NCBI RefSeq assembly: GCF_018350175.1
Contig: NC_058369.1
Location: 2,172,001-2,236,000, forward strand
Length of the DNA: 64,000 nt
Reading direction: 5' to 3'
From: Felis catus
Taxonomy: Eukaryota
Under the pieces are notes generated by a model that saw only the letters and a program-made list of their open reading frames with translations, did no database searches and was not told the origin of the DNA. The position numbers were made by a program, and so were the translations under genes. Shown piece after piece: positions 12,760 through 26,944 of this stretch. Each line of letters starts with the position of its first letter. Position 1 is the stretch's first letter.

Positions 12760-14625
12760 TCAAGGTCTCTCCCCAGGGTGTTTCTTCATATGCGCTCGAA
12801 GAGACGAGGAGAACTTGTACACCTTCCCACACTTCTTACATTCATAGGATTTAATGGTGCTGTGTGTTTTCAAATGACTTTGAAAAATTTGCAGCTGATT
12901 GAAAGCCTTCCCACACTCGATACACTCAAAAGGTCTCTCCCCAGCATGTGTCCTCATATGGGCTCGCAGGCTAGCAGGAGAGGTAAACGCATTCCCACAC
13001 CGCTGACATTCGTAAGATCTCCCTCCAGAGTGTGTCCTCATATGTACTCCCAGGTTTGAAGGAGATGGGAAGGCTTTCCCACAGTGCTGACATTTAAAGG
13101 GTTTTTCCTCAGTGTGGGTCCGCACATGTATCCTTAGGTCTCTGTGATACCTGAAGGTTTTGCCACACTCCTCGCATTCATAGGGTTTCACTACATTGTG
13201 TGTGGTCATGTGACGTTCAAAAGGTCGATGCTTCCTGAAAGTTTCCCCACACTCCTTACATTCCAAGTGTCCATCCCTGAGTGTCTTCTCATAATATGTA
13301 GTACGAGGGTGTAGTGACGAAGGAAGGCTTTCCCACAGTGCTGACATTTATTGGGTCTCTCCCCAGTGTGTCTCCTCATATGTTCTCGCAGGCACGACTT
13401 ATACCTGAAGGCTTTCCCACACTCCTGACATTCATAGGGTTTCTCCCCCGTGTGTGTTGTCACATGTTCTTGTAGGCATGACTTATACCTGAAGGCTTTC
13501 CCACACTCCGGACATTCATAGGGTCTCTCCCTGGTGTGTGTTGTCACATGTCCTCGCAGATTCCACTGATATCTGAAGGCTTTCCCACACTGCTTACATT
13601 CATACGGTCTTTCCCCAGTGTGTGTCCTCATATGTATTCTCAGGTGTGTTTGATCCCCAAAGCCCCTGTCACATTCCTTACATTCATAGGGTTTCACTAT
13701 ACTGTGAATAACCATGTGACGTTTAATATGATGATACTTCCGGAAGGATTTCCCACATCCCTTACATTCATAGGGTCTTTCCCCAGTGTGTGTCCTCATA
13801 TGAACTCGCAGGTCTGAGTGATGCCTAAAGGCTCTGCCACACTCCAGACATTCATAGGGTTTCACTACATTGTGTGTGGTCATGTGACATTCAAAATGTA
13901 GACGTTTCTTGAAAGTTTTGCCACACTCCTTACATTCAAAGGGTGCATACCCTGTGTGTTTTCTCTCAGGTATTCGAAAGGAATGCTGACCAGGGAAGGC
14001 TTTCCCACCCGGCTGATATTTATAGGGTTTCTCCCGAGCGTGGGTCCTGACATGGTTTTGCAGGCTTGACTTATACCCGAAGGCTCTCCCACACTCCTGA
14101 CATTCATAGGGTCTCACCCCAGTGTGAATTCTCACATGACGTGTAAGGTAGCAGTGATACACGAAGGTTTTCCCACACGTGTCACACACATGGACTCTCT
14201 GTCCACAGTGACCTTGCACATGACGTTTAAAGGAAGCTGTGCAAGTGAAAGTTTTTCCACATTTCTTGCACTCTATAGACTTTTTACTACGGAGACTCTT
14301 CGCATATGTCTCCGATGCTCTCCCGGTGACCTGACCTTCACAGGGTTTCTCTACAAGGTCTGTGTCCACATGAGTGTTGAGGCTTGTAACAGAGCTGCAA
14401 GCCTGCCCACACTCCTCACCAGGACTAGGTTTGAGTTGTGGGTGAGGTTTTCGCGGCTTCTCTAGTAAGGAACCATCTGCAAAGGCTTCTCTACACTTAG
14501 TGCATTCACAGGATTTGCCTCCAGTGGGACAGCCCTCATGCACAGTAAGACTTGTAATTGGGTTCAGGGTTTCTCCACATTGATCTCCTTCAATACGTTC
14601 ACAGACACTCTCCACCAAAGGACTT
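12760..14625 (-). CDS. Gene A exon 4: spacer + C2H2 array (11 fingers before and 6 after the frameshift, plus 1 degenerate)
   Basis: Acceptor TTTTGAACAG|A AGT CCT; repeated CxxC..HxxxH with TGERP/TGEKP/NVVKP linkers. Confidence 0.9.
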
Positions 14626-15059
14626 CTGTTCAAAATAGGAAGGTACATGGTTAGGAAATGATGATTAGAAACTATCTCTTAATTAATGATCTATTGATGT
14701 TTGTTAATCATTATTGCACTATATAATGGCCACTGTCAATGAATAGTGATGTTTGTGGCACTGTCTGCATGGTTACAAAATGGTAAAAGCCTAAAACCCA
14801 TCATGCTTATGCCATAATCTCTGGCTGACAACTCAAACAGAGTCATAACATTTTGGGATTCGTACATACAGTTTTCTCTGACCATTTTTTCCAACGCAAT
14901 GTTTTTTCACATGATCAATACCTAGAATAAATTTATAAAAATTTCTTGTGAAAATTTTGACAACACGATTGTTGCGCTAGGTTTACAGCTGTTCTCTAAT
15001 TTCAGGTCAGTCTCACAAAGGCCAACATCCTCCCTTACTCCCTTACAAGTGTCACTCAC

Positions 15060-15240
15060 CTCAAAAGCCCTTCTTGCATTCGGGTCAGATCTCCATTGCT
15101 GTGAAATTTCTGCTTCTCTACAAACACAGAACAGGAATCATTTTTTGTAAACATTAGTATTTTCTCTTCACTCAGAGGCTTATTCTGCAAAGAATTCTGC
15201 TAAGTCTCTGATCCACTCATTTTACCTTGACTGGGAGAAA
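15060..15240 (-). CDS. Gene A exon 3 (181 bp) containing a premature stop
   Basis: TTATAG|TT TCT CCC AGT CAA GGT AAA ATG AGT GGA TCA GAG ACT TAG CAG ... CTT TTG AG|GTGAGT; aligns codon for codon with gene B exon 3. Confidence 0.85.
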
Positions 15241-15261
15241 CTATAAGAATTGGGAGCCTAG

Positions 15262-15480
15262 GGGGCACCTGGGTGGCTCGGTCAGTTAGGTGTCTGACCA
15301 GCTCAGGTCATGTCTCACAGTCTATGAGTTTGAGCCCATGTCGGGCTCTGTGCTGACAGCTCGGAGCCTGGAGCCTGCTTCCGATTCTGTGTCTCCTTCT
15401 CTCTCTGCCCCTCCCCTGCTCATGCTCTGTCTCTCTCTGTCTCAAAAATAAATAAAAACATTAAAAAAATTAAAAAAAAA
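15262..15480 (+). mobile_element. CanSINE inserted ~20 nt upstream of the gene A exon 3 acceptor
   Basis: Full SINEC with TSD AAGAAT(T/C)GGGAGCCTAG at 15245-15261 and 15481-15497. Confidence 0.9.
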
Positions 15481-16199
15481 AAGAATCGGGAGCCTAGTTG
15501 AATTTCGTGGAAATGACCTGATGCATAAGGTTAAAAAACAGACCATATGTCTGCTTCTATTCATACTAATCCTGAAATGTAAATGAACTTCATCACAAAG
15601 AACGGTCATGGGACTAAAAACTTCTGAGGACCTTTGGGACATGGGACTTTGGCAATAATAGAGAAAGTGTCTGAACTGGCAGCCCATTCATTCAGAAATA
15701 CTTCAAACAAGATGCAGACTAATGTGGAGATAAGACTTATTAGAAGAGGCAGTTAGGAAGGAACTGGGCAAGATACACACATCCACACCCTACCTCTACA
15801 GGAAGACAGAAAGACTGGCCATGTGGGCTATGGTGGATGCAAAGTCCAACAGGGAGGACAGGTGAATGGCAGACATCACCCTGCTCAAACAAAGACTGAG
15901 TCACGTTTCTAATGGATGTGTCCAAACGCCAATCCCTTCTCCAGAACCTGGTCCACCTGACGGTTGGCCTGTTCTGAAGGCACACAGGCCCTCAGTGGAG
16001 GCTGCCTGCACTGCCCCAGATGCCATTAGGAGATTAGATGGTGTGTGTGCGCGGCTGCTGCCCTGACCCTGAAAAGAGCTCGGCAGGAGGGAGGGTTTCA
16101 AGGACAACAAGCAATCTGGAAGATGGGCCTAACTTTCGTCTTCACAGTCATGATGACTGATAATTGTGGGACTTTTTATTATTCAGTCATTCATTCATT

Positions 16200-18335
<2,136 letters not shown>

Positions 18336-19859
18336 CTAGGACCCCTGAGTCACAACAGAGGGTGAGGACAACAGCTGACATAGACTTACACACACCCAAT
18401 TTACTGGGATATTTACACTGAGACAGATCTGAGCAGACCAGTACTGTACAGACCGAAAACTGAAATATTCACTCGGACAACACACAGACCGGAGGACACA
18501 CGCTTGGCTTGCTCTAAGACGATTATGCCTCGTCAGCTCCAAGAACTGGAACCAGAATATCAGGATGCTGTGGACACTCAGATTCCAGGGCTGCTTGATG
18601 TGAGGAGCTCTCGCCTTGGAAGGAACAAGTCAAGAAGCCTGGTGGCGTCCCCTCTCTTCCGAAAGGCAGACACGACCCTTTCCCCAGATTAGTTGGGCTC
18701 TGGGCATGGACACAGGCCAGGGCCCGGGCGCCTGGTACACCTGATTGTGTAAGACAAGTCCGGGGCCTTAAGAAACGTGGAAGTCAGCAGGGCCGCTCCA
18801 ACATTTAACCCAGGGCCCAGAATTCAAAGAAAAGGGCACCAGAAGGAAGAGTCCCTGAGGGATTGATGGGGACACAGCCACCGCTCACGTTAACACTGGG
18901 GGAAGAATCACAGTGTATGGACCGTTTTTAGGCAACAGGCCTGAGAGATGGAAAGATACACAGCAAAGGGCACAGTGAGCACACAGCTGAATGCACACGG
19001 GCTCCTGAGTGACCTGCCTCGAAATGGCCACAGGCCCTAACTAACCCCTGCGACTTACAACCGGGCACAGGTCCCACACAGGGAGCATTCCAAAGGTTCT
19101 CATGCTCCCTCGTGACCCCATAACTGTAGCCCCCAGCACCGCCTCCCGGCAGACGGTCTCTTCTTTGCCATCCTGCCCGCTGCTCCCTCGCAGGGTATTC
19201 AGCAAACTCCCATCTCCTCTGTTCTGCCTTGGGGGGAATTCTCTCACACCCTGAGCTGCGGGCCTCCCCCTGATCGGGTCACCCCACATTTGATGGCCTT
19301 CACAGGGACCCTCTGCTGTACTGGGCCTCTCCTGGGATTTTCTAGGAATTTTCTGGGAGTTTCCCTTGGTGGACTGACTCTAAGTGTTCTCTGGGCAGCT
19401 GACAACCTCCACCTGAGGTTCCTCCTTGGTGAGGATCCCAAGTCCCAGGGGGCGTCTATGGGGCACCGCTTGCCCAACAGGATGAGGGATTTCCCCTCTT
19501 GCCCTTCAGGGGGGATCCTTGACTCCTTCTCCTTTCTTTTTGCCCTTTGGCAGGTGTAACCACAGTCCTCACCAGGCAGCCAAAGTTCTCTATCCAAGGG
19601 GTCCCTGGTATGGTCTACGGGTCTGAGGGTGAACAAGGTCAGACCATTCGGGCCTGTATGGACGAATGACCCCTTTCCTCTCCTCTCCACTCTGTTCTCA
19701 AGGTCTATTCCCAACGAGTGGCAAATATGGCAATGGCAGCTCGGCCATGGTGAATCCACACATGTGAAGGACTCAGCTGGGACCCTTTCCTGATGCTGGC
19801 TGAGTCTCGGCAGCCTTGCTTCTGTCAGATTCCCCCCTTAACTCCTTAGTTCCCATGGA

Positions 19860-21310
19860 TGCAGCTGCCATCTTGATCTACAAGCAAACACATTCCTACA
19901 CATCTGAGTGCTGAGTCCTCCCCTCCTTTTTGCTTAAGTACAGTGAGAACCTGTTCTCCTTGTAACAAGACACCATTGGACACATTGGTTATTTCACCAA
20001 AGATTTGACAGGAATGTCGGATTTGAGACAGACCTGCATAGACCCAGAAATAACCAGACAGCTTGAAGGAATTAAGATGGACTTTGTGGAGCCAATCAAC
20101 CCCCCTGGAAATATTGGCCTGATGCCTTGCTGACAGAGTTCCCAGCAGCCTTACCAGGTGAGTCAAGTCAACTCCCGGCAGGTGCCGGAAACCTCAGGAT
20201 GGTTTGGGGACCTTGAGAAGAAGAAATCACATAAATCTACAGGTCTTGCAGACAAGTCTGGTGACAAATATTTGGCTTGTCTTCTGGCCTCAAGGGGCTA
20301 TAAAAGTTCAATCCATGGGGGCGCCTGGGTGGCGCAGTCGGTTAAGCGTCCGACTTCAGCCAGGTCACGATCTCGCGGTCCGTGAGTTCGAGCCCCGCGT
20401 CAGGCTCTGGGCTGATGGCTCGGAGCCTGGAGCCTGTTTCCGACTCTGTGTCTCCCTCTCTCTCTGATCCTCCCCCGTTCATGCTCTGTCTCTCTCTGTC
20501 CCAAAAATAAATAAAAAACATTGAAAAAAAATTAAAAAAAAAAAAAGTTCAATCCAGAGATTCCTGATAACAATTTTGAGCAAAGCAAGCTTCTTGAAAA
20601 ACCTATTTGGCCAATCACTGTTCTTCCTGAGCTTTTGTAAGTAACTAGACAATGACTGTTAAAACTGAACTTGTTTCACAAACCATCAGTCTTGATTTGG
20701 CTATCTTTGGAAACAGGAGTGAATTCAGAGAGAAAATAATTATGTTTCAAAACCACCTCTTTGGAGATATTGGAATTTGATAGTATTTCTTATAAACCAG
20801 ATTAGATCCTGAATTCTTCTAGTTCCTCAAATACCTGGCCATAGATCTCCAAACTAAGGTTTTGAATCTTCCTTTGTCATGACCTAAAGTCATTAAAAAT
20901 TAAAACTGTTTTTCTTAAAATTCTGAATACCAATGCTAGACAACTTGAGGTGAAATTTAGAGAAATTTCCACAACAGCTCATGATAGAGAATCTCCATGC
21001 TTGTTACTCTGTTGGGAAAATAGTAAGACCCCAGGGACACAGAATTATTTGAACAGCTGGAAAATGGGAAGGACTCCCCAGATGCATGACTCAACTATCA
21101 CCTTTACCAATTCTGCATGAATGTGTAAGGAAAATCACTCCTTAAAACCCAGAGTATACCCCACTCCATGGGATTAACTATGGACTTGTGGAAATAATAG
21201 ATGGGATCACATTCCTGATCTTGGACTGGATGACACATGTGGGGATGCCCTTATCTCCCACAACAAGTATCTCCCATTTGCTATTGATTCCCATAATATA
21301 TCGTTAAGGG
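19860..21310 (+). mobile_element. Class I ERV internal remnant (MER4-group-like) in gene A intron 1, interrupted by a SINE
   Basis: Motifs recalled from MER4-group internals (AAAAGTTCAATCCAGAGATTCC, GATTAGATCCTGAATTCTTCTAG, GCTAGACAACTTG); not present in the other paralog blocks. Confidence 0.5.
20317..20546 (+). mobile_element. Young felid SINE (SINEC_Fc type)
   Basis: Near-consensus and CpG-intact; TSD AAAAGTTCAATCCA. Confidence 0.95.
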
Positions 21311-22515
21311 GAGACATCACGCGCCCCTGGTTTCAGCAAGTGGATGTCTACCAGGCAGGTGCCCAAGGCCAGTGGCCGAGATGGAGACACTAGGACACAC
21401 AGGGCCAGGAAAGACTAGACATCTGTGGAGGAAAAGGAATCATCAGCTTCACAGACAGTAACTGAGTGTTGTGGATTTATCTGTCGCGGAAACAAGAGGA
21501 ACACATGGAGAGAGAGTTCCAGCATGTGTGATTATGACCTGCATGATGTAGCTTTCGCACGGAACAAAAGACGGTCGTCTACAGAGGAAGAGACGGGGAA
21601 GTACAAGTCTACTAACAACGCGAAGGGTGCATCCACGCAGACAACCCAGAGAAAGGATACACCCTGACGTGGAGAAAACACAACATGCTGAAATGAAACA
21701 GGCTGAATGTCCCCAGGACGTGAAGGAAACAGAACATCAGGAAGAAGACATGTGAGTTACAGGTCACAACATGCTGGAAATGCTTCCACAGAAGAGGGAA
21801 TCCCACACATGAGAAATGTTCAGCCCTGAGGGAATCAGATAAACCAACGTGTGACGTCCAGGAGACCCCATGTGACACACTCGAGCTGGACACCATGAAG
21901 TCGCAAGTGACGGGACCCAGAACCAACACGTGGTTCACACTCCGCACCGTGTTTCCTGCTAACGTGTAACTTATTCACGAGCTACAATATGCAATGTCCC
22001 CCCCAGCACAGAAGGACTTACGAGGCATTTACCCTGGAGACAAGGCCACACTGCCGGCAGCAGCAGCCCCTGTCCCCTGCAAGGCCCCTGCCCCTAGTGC
22101 AACAATCCCCTCCCCCACCTTTGCAATCATTGTTGTCAATACATGTCTCTCCTTACTCAATTCGTATTTTTCCTTTGAACCTGGTTTGACCAACTGTCCA
22201 CAACCACCCCTTTCCTACCCAAACTTTACCCAGGCTGCTGTCCTCCCCACAGATCCCTGAACTGCAGGAGGCCCACACTCTGAACATCCACTGAGCTGAG
22301 GAACAAGGCCCTGGGGACCTGAGCCAATGAGGCCTTCCTCCACCACAAGGGTGGGATCCTGACACTGGGCCTTCCTGCCCATCCGCCTCCTGCAGAACAG
22401 CCAAGCCTCGTTCTCTTTCACTGGAGGGTCCCTGAGATGGGAGCTGGTCCCTGTTGGAACTGATTGTAGTAAACTGTCCTCAGCCAGGTGCAGATTTGAG
22501 GTCATCTCCCAAGTC

Positions 22516-23101
22516 TGTCACCAGCTAGACCTCAAGCCGACGTGCTTGTACTCACAGAACTTTGTCCCACATGTTTCCCTAAGCTGTCCTTTCCAGCTGT
22601 CCTTTTAACTCAGGCAAATGACAGGAACCCGCCCCTGGAGCAGACCCACTGCCCTCACCAGACCTCCAGGGCCCCAACCTCCCCGACCAGTTTGAGAAGC
22701 CCCAGGATTCCTGTCTGTGCAGAGGGACCTGGAGGGACCTCTGGAATGACCACCAATTACCTTTACCTCATTATCACACTGAAGTCTCCACTGGGGGAGG
22801 AACACAGCCTCCTGTACATGACTTACTTCCTGGGGACAGGCCCGCTGCCCTAAGGCCCACCTCCAGCACCCCTCCTTCCACCCCACACAGGACGAGGAGG
22901 CTTCTCCAAGGAAATACCCATCCCAGCCCTAAACCAGAAGAGCCCATCCACCCTCCCTCCGGGGAGTCAGGGCTTTGGAAGTTATTTCCTCTGATCTACT
23001 GATCTCTGTATCTGCTGCTAATAAAGTTTTCTTCCTGGGACTGCTCAGTGTGGAGCAGTTTCTGACTCACCAAGCAGAGAACTCAGGTTGGTTGGGTGAC
23101 A
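22516..23101 (+). mobile_element. Solo ERV LTR (~586 bp) in gene A intron 1
   Basis: Perfect 7-bp inverted termini TGTCACC...GGTGACA, AATAAA at 23020, imperfect 4-bp TSD AGTC/GGTC; empty site in paralogs (CTCAGGTCCATCGTG at ~58151). Confidence 0.8.
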
Positions 23102-23996
23102 GGTCCACCGTGGGTCCCCCTATAAGCTCAGCGGGTTTAGGGGGTGCCCAGAAAAGCAATCGTTTTAGGACCCCAGCTCCATTCCGTGATCTACGCCTCT
23201 CCGGCTCTAATTGCCCAGTACACCCCTTGCAGAACTTCCTGGTCCGGGTCACAATCACAAAGAAATGGAAAACCAGAAAACCAATCTCAGCCATTTACGA
23301 CTTGAAGGGAACAGCGGGTTGCAGACTGACAGTCTGCACCAGGCCAGGAAACAGCCAAACCCGTGAAACTCTCCGCGCCGTTTCCAAAGTGAGAAAACCC
23401 TGAATTTCTTACCCGAGATCGCAGCCCAGGACCCCATGCGCGTGCACCTGCTCCCTCCGCGCGCGCTCAGCCCCGGCCCCGCGTCCCACACTTACCTCCG
23501 CTGGATTCTAACGTCCAAGTCTCAGCCCCCGGGAGCAGCTCTGGCTCCGTGACCGTCACACTGCACGCGTGCTTTCTGGGCACGTCTTCCAGCTCGCTCC
23601 GAGCAACCTCACGCCCGCCTAGACTGCCCCCGACAGAGCTCCCCTTTCTGAATATTCATCGTCACCCTCCATAAAAGACACCCCCCCCCCCCCGCCTCTG
23701 GGGAGTCGCGGATTCGGAAGCTATTCTCTGCGGCCTCTTTACGGCTGCAAACAGTTTCCTTTACGAGACAACTCACCCGGACAGTCTCTACTGTCCCCCA
23801 CCGAGGAGCAAACTCCTGCTTAGTCAGGTCGTCGCACACGCTCCCCGAATCCCAGGCCTCCCCCCTCCCCCAGCCTTCCTTCCCAGTTCCATCCGCCCAG
23901 GACCCAGGTGCCAACCCTAGGGACGGGACACCCCGCCGCGGCCGCTTCCACCTAGGTCCGGCTGGTCCCATCCGCCCCGCCGGCCCGCGCACTCAC

Positions 23997-23999
23997 CAT
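23997..23999 (-). CDS. Gene A exon 1 coding part (ATG)
   Basis: Minus CGAGATG|GTGAGT; phase 0 matches the KRAB exon start. Confidence 0.8.
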
Positions 24000-24560
24000 C
24001 TCGGGGTCCCCGCTCCGCGCCCTCGGGGCGTCCTCCTACGCCGCGCACACCCGCAACCGTGGCAGCGCAGGATCCGACTGCGCCAGCCGCCCCGGCTGAG
24101 AGCCACACCCACCGGGCTCTCGCTCGGGCCTGATTGGGTAGTGTACAGGTCCCGGGCCCTGATTGGGCGATCCTTCAGTCCCTGCGATCTGATTGGATGG
24201 TGCTCCGAAGATAACTCCCCCGATCCTGATTGGACATTACCGAGCCACTTCGCTTCCGCGCCGTGATAGGACAGCCTTCGGCCCTTCACGTTGTGATTGG
24301 AGGGTAATCCTGGCACCGCCCATTGTGGCCGCAAATTGGGCAGATTCCCCACCCCCCCGCAGTCCCGCCTCCTGCCCCCTGAGTGACAGGCTGGCGGTAG
24401 ACACGTGTCCAATCCGCCTGCCAGGATCGGCTCTCAGCAGAATGCGCTCCGGGCCGGCTGAGCCGCCTGCCTCCTTCTTCTGTGTCAGGAATCTGGTTCA
24501 GTTTCCGACTAGCCCCCCTTGTCCAGCGTCGCATCGGGACGCGACAGAACAGAAGGACCC
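24000..24560 (-). promoter_or_regulatory. CpG-island promoter of gene A with 6 CCAAT boxes
   Basis: ATTGG at 24133, 24162, 24192, 24229, 24296, 24335; high CpG density from 23400 to 24560. Confidence 0.8.
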
Positions 24561-24633
24561 GATGAGCCTTCAGTCCATGGCCCCTACAGGGTAACGGTGC
24601 ACTTGTCCCCTGTGTTTAAGAACAGCTCACCGA

Positions 24634-24788
24634 CGGGGTGCCTGGGTGGCTCAGAGCCTGCAGCCTGCTTCAGATTCGGTGTCTCCCTCTCTCTCTTTCC
24701 CTCCCCCGCTTGTGCTCTCTGTCTTCCAAAAATAATTGAACATTAAAAATTAAAAAAAAAAAAAAAAAGAGAGAGAGAGAGAGAGACA
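24634..24788 (+). mobile_element. Internally deleted CanSINE
   Basis: Head GGGGTGCCTGGGTGGCTCAG joined directly to AGCCTG...; TSD AGAACAGCTCAC. Confidence 0.8.
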
Positions 24789-26944
24789 GAACAGCTCACT
24801 GTGTGAGCTCACCTAAGGGGAAATAGACCTCCTTGGGTGTTGACCTGGCCCTTTGAAAGCGTGAGGCCCCGCCCTCTGAACCGACCTCCACTTCTCCGGC
24901 CTCAGGTCAATAAAAAGTGCCCTGGGGCCTCAGCCATCAAGGGACGTGGGACCCCGCGGCCCCTGCGGCCCACAGCCACAGATGTGACACATTACAACCC
25001 TCAGGTTTGCGTTATATTCTGCAAGGAAAGTCACAGCACATCCAGTTTGTAATCAGACCCTGTAAATGAGAAATGTAAAGGTTCCATTTCCTTCTTCAGG
25101 TGGTGCATTGATGTGGGACAGCTCTGAGAACATACAAAAAAAAAAAAAAAAAAAAAAAAAAGAACACTGAGTTTTACTCTTAAAAGCGTGAGCCCTATGG
25201 GATGTGAATTATATCTCCATTTTCCTAAACAAATTTAAAGGCCACAATAGCCAGGAAATCATGCCTCCTGGGCACTGTTGAAATACTTCGTGTCTCTGCA
25301 GATTTGCCCACTCTGCCTATTTAATGTGACTCACACCATGTGGCCTGGTGTGGCTGGTGTCTTCCACGTGGTATAACACTGTCACCATACGTTCACGTGC
25401 ATGATGTGTCTGTCCTTCATTCCTCTCTGGGGCTGAATCACCGTCCGTCCTGTGTCTATGCCGCACCCTGTTCATCCATCCACGCACTGGGGGACACTTG
25501 GGACGTTTCCCTCTTTTGCGGGGAACGCACAGTTTTGCACCTGGCACTCGTGGGCACACATCTGAGTGTCTGTTTCCGTTTACGTAGGCCTGAAACACTT
25601 GGGTCACACTGCCATTCTGTGTTTCACTTTTTGAGGAACCACCAAACGTTTTCCACGTCAGCTGCCCTGACACTCCCACCAGCCAAGCGCAGGGTTCCGC
25701 TTTCTCCATCCACATCTTTTCTGGATTCTGGCTCCTAGCCGTCCTCGTGAGTGGGAAGTGGCATCTCATCGTGGTTCTGACTCGCATCGTCCTGATGGGA
25801 GGATCGTTTCATGTGTCTATTAGACATTTGTGCATCATCTTAAGAGAAATGGCTGATCAAGGTTTTGCTCCCTTTTTGACGGCGATGAGTTTTTGTCATT
25901 CAGATAGGAGTTCTTTGTGTATTCTGCAGGATAAAGTCTTATCATACATGCGATTTACAAGGACGTTCTCCCATTTTATGGATGTCCTTATAACCTCTTG
26001 TTAGTGACCTTTGATGTGCAGAAGATTTTCGTCTTGCGGAAGCTTCATTTACCTACTTTTTCTTGTGTTCCCTGTGATCATCAGGTCACAGTTAAGAAAT
26101 CTTACAGAATACAAGTTCGTGAGGATTTCTCCCTGGATTTCTTTCACTCTCAGGTTACCCAGGTCAGGCCCCTCAGGGCTGGGGATTCTCGGCAGAGATG
26201 TTTCCAAGGCCTGGAACTGAGATGCTCTGGTATCACACATGTCCCTAGACAGTTGTTTAATGTGATAGGCCATGAAGGAGTTTCTGGTTTAAGTGATGAT
26301 CTTTGATTCTTATGCAAATACACGTCTATACATCCGTACCTTCACCATTATGCTTCCAACATGCAAGTTCTTGATGACTGCTCAATTTGGGGTAATTCCC
26401 TCTGCCTCATTATATAGAAAAGCATGTCCATGATTGAACACTTGTTCTTACGTATAAAATTCTGAAGTGGGATTTGTAAAGTTCCAAGAAAAACTTGGTT
26501 ATAGTATTGATGGAGTTCTACTGACGCGATCCAACTATTTGTTAAGTATTGACACATTGGAACGTTTCCTCGAATCTCTTTCTCAGCCCACCTGCAACCC
26601 GGGAAATTCTCATGGCTCCAACTCAAATTCTATCTGCACTCCAACCTCTACGTCATTGCCACTGCTACAGCCCAGCATGATCCACCATCTTGGCGGACAT
26701 CACCAGCCTAGTGCCCGTTGTCATGGTAACAGAGGGATCCTGTGAGGCTGCCCGATCGGCTCGTGTTGGGCATCCACACCACCCACCATCAAAGCGAGAC
26801 TTCTTGGTCAACCAGTGCATGGAAACCACCCCATCCACTCCTCTCATGTCTGTTGTTCCTCCTCCCCCTCCCCCCCTCACTCCTCTGCAGCGACACTGGC
26901 TTCTGGTATCCTTTGAATCCAAGGTCCCCTCCCTCCTCCAGAAT

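Noticed and set aside
20317..20400. tRNA-like A/B boxes
   Set aside because: Heads of tRNA-derived CanSINEs followed by a CT tract and poly-A; not tRNA genes
21425..21667. TECCGFI resembling a retroviral env TM CX6CC motif
   Set aside because: First cysteine and immunosuppressive-domain motif missing; not conserved in the paralogous copies at ~830 and ~55550
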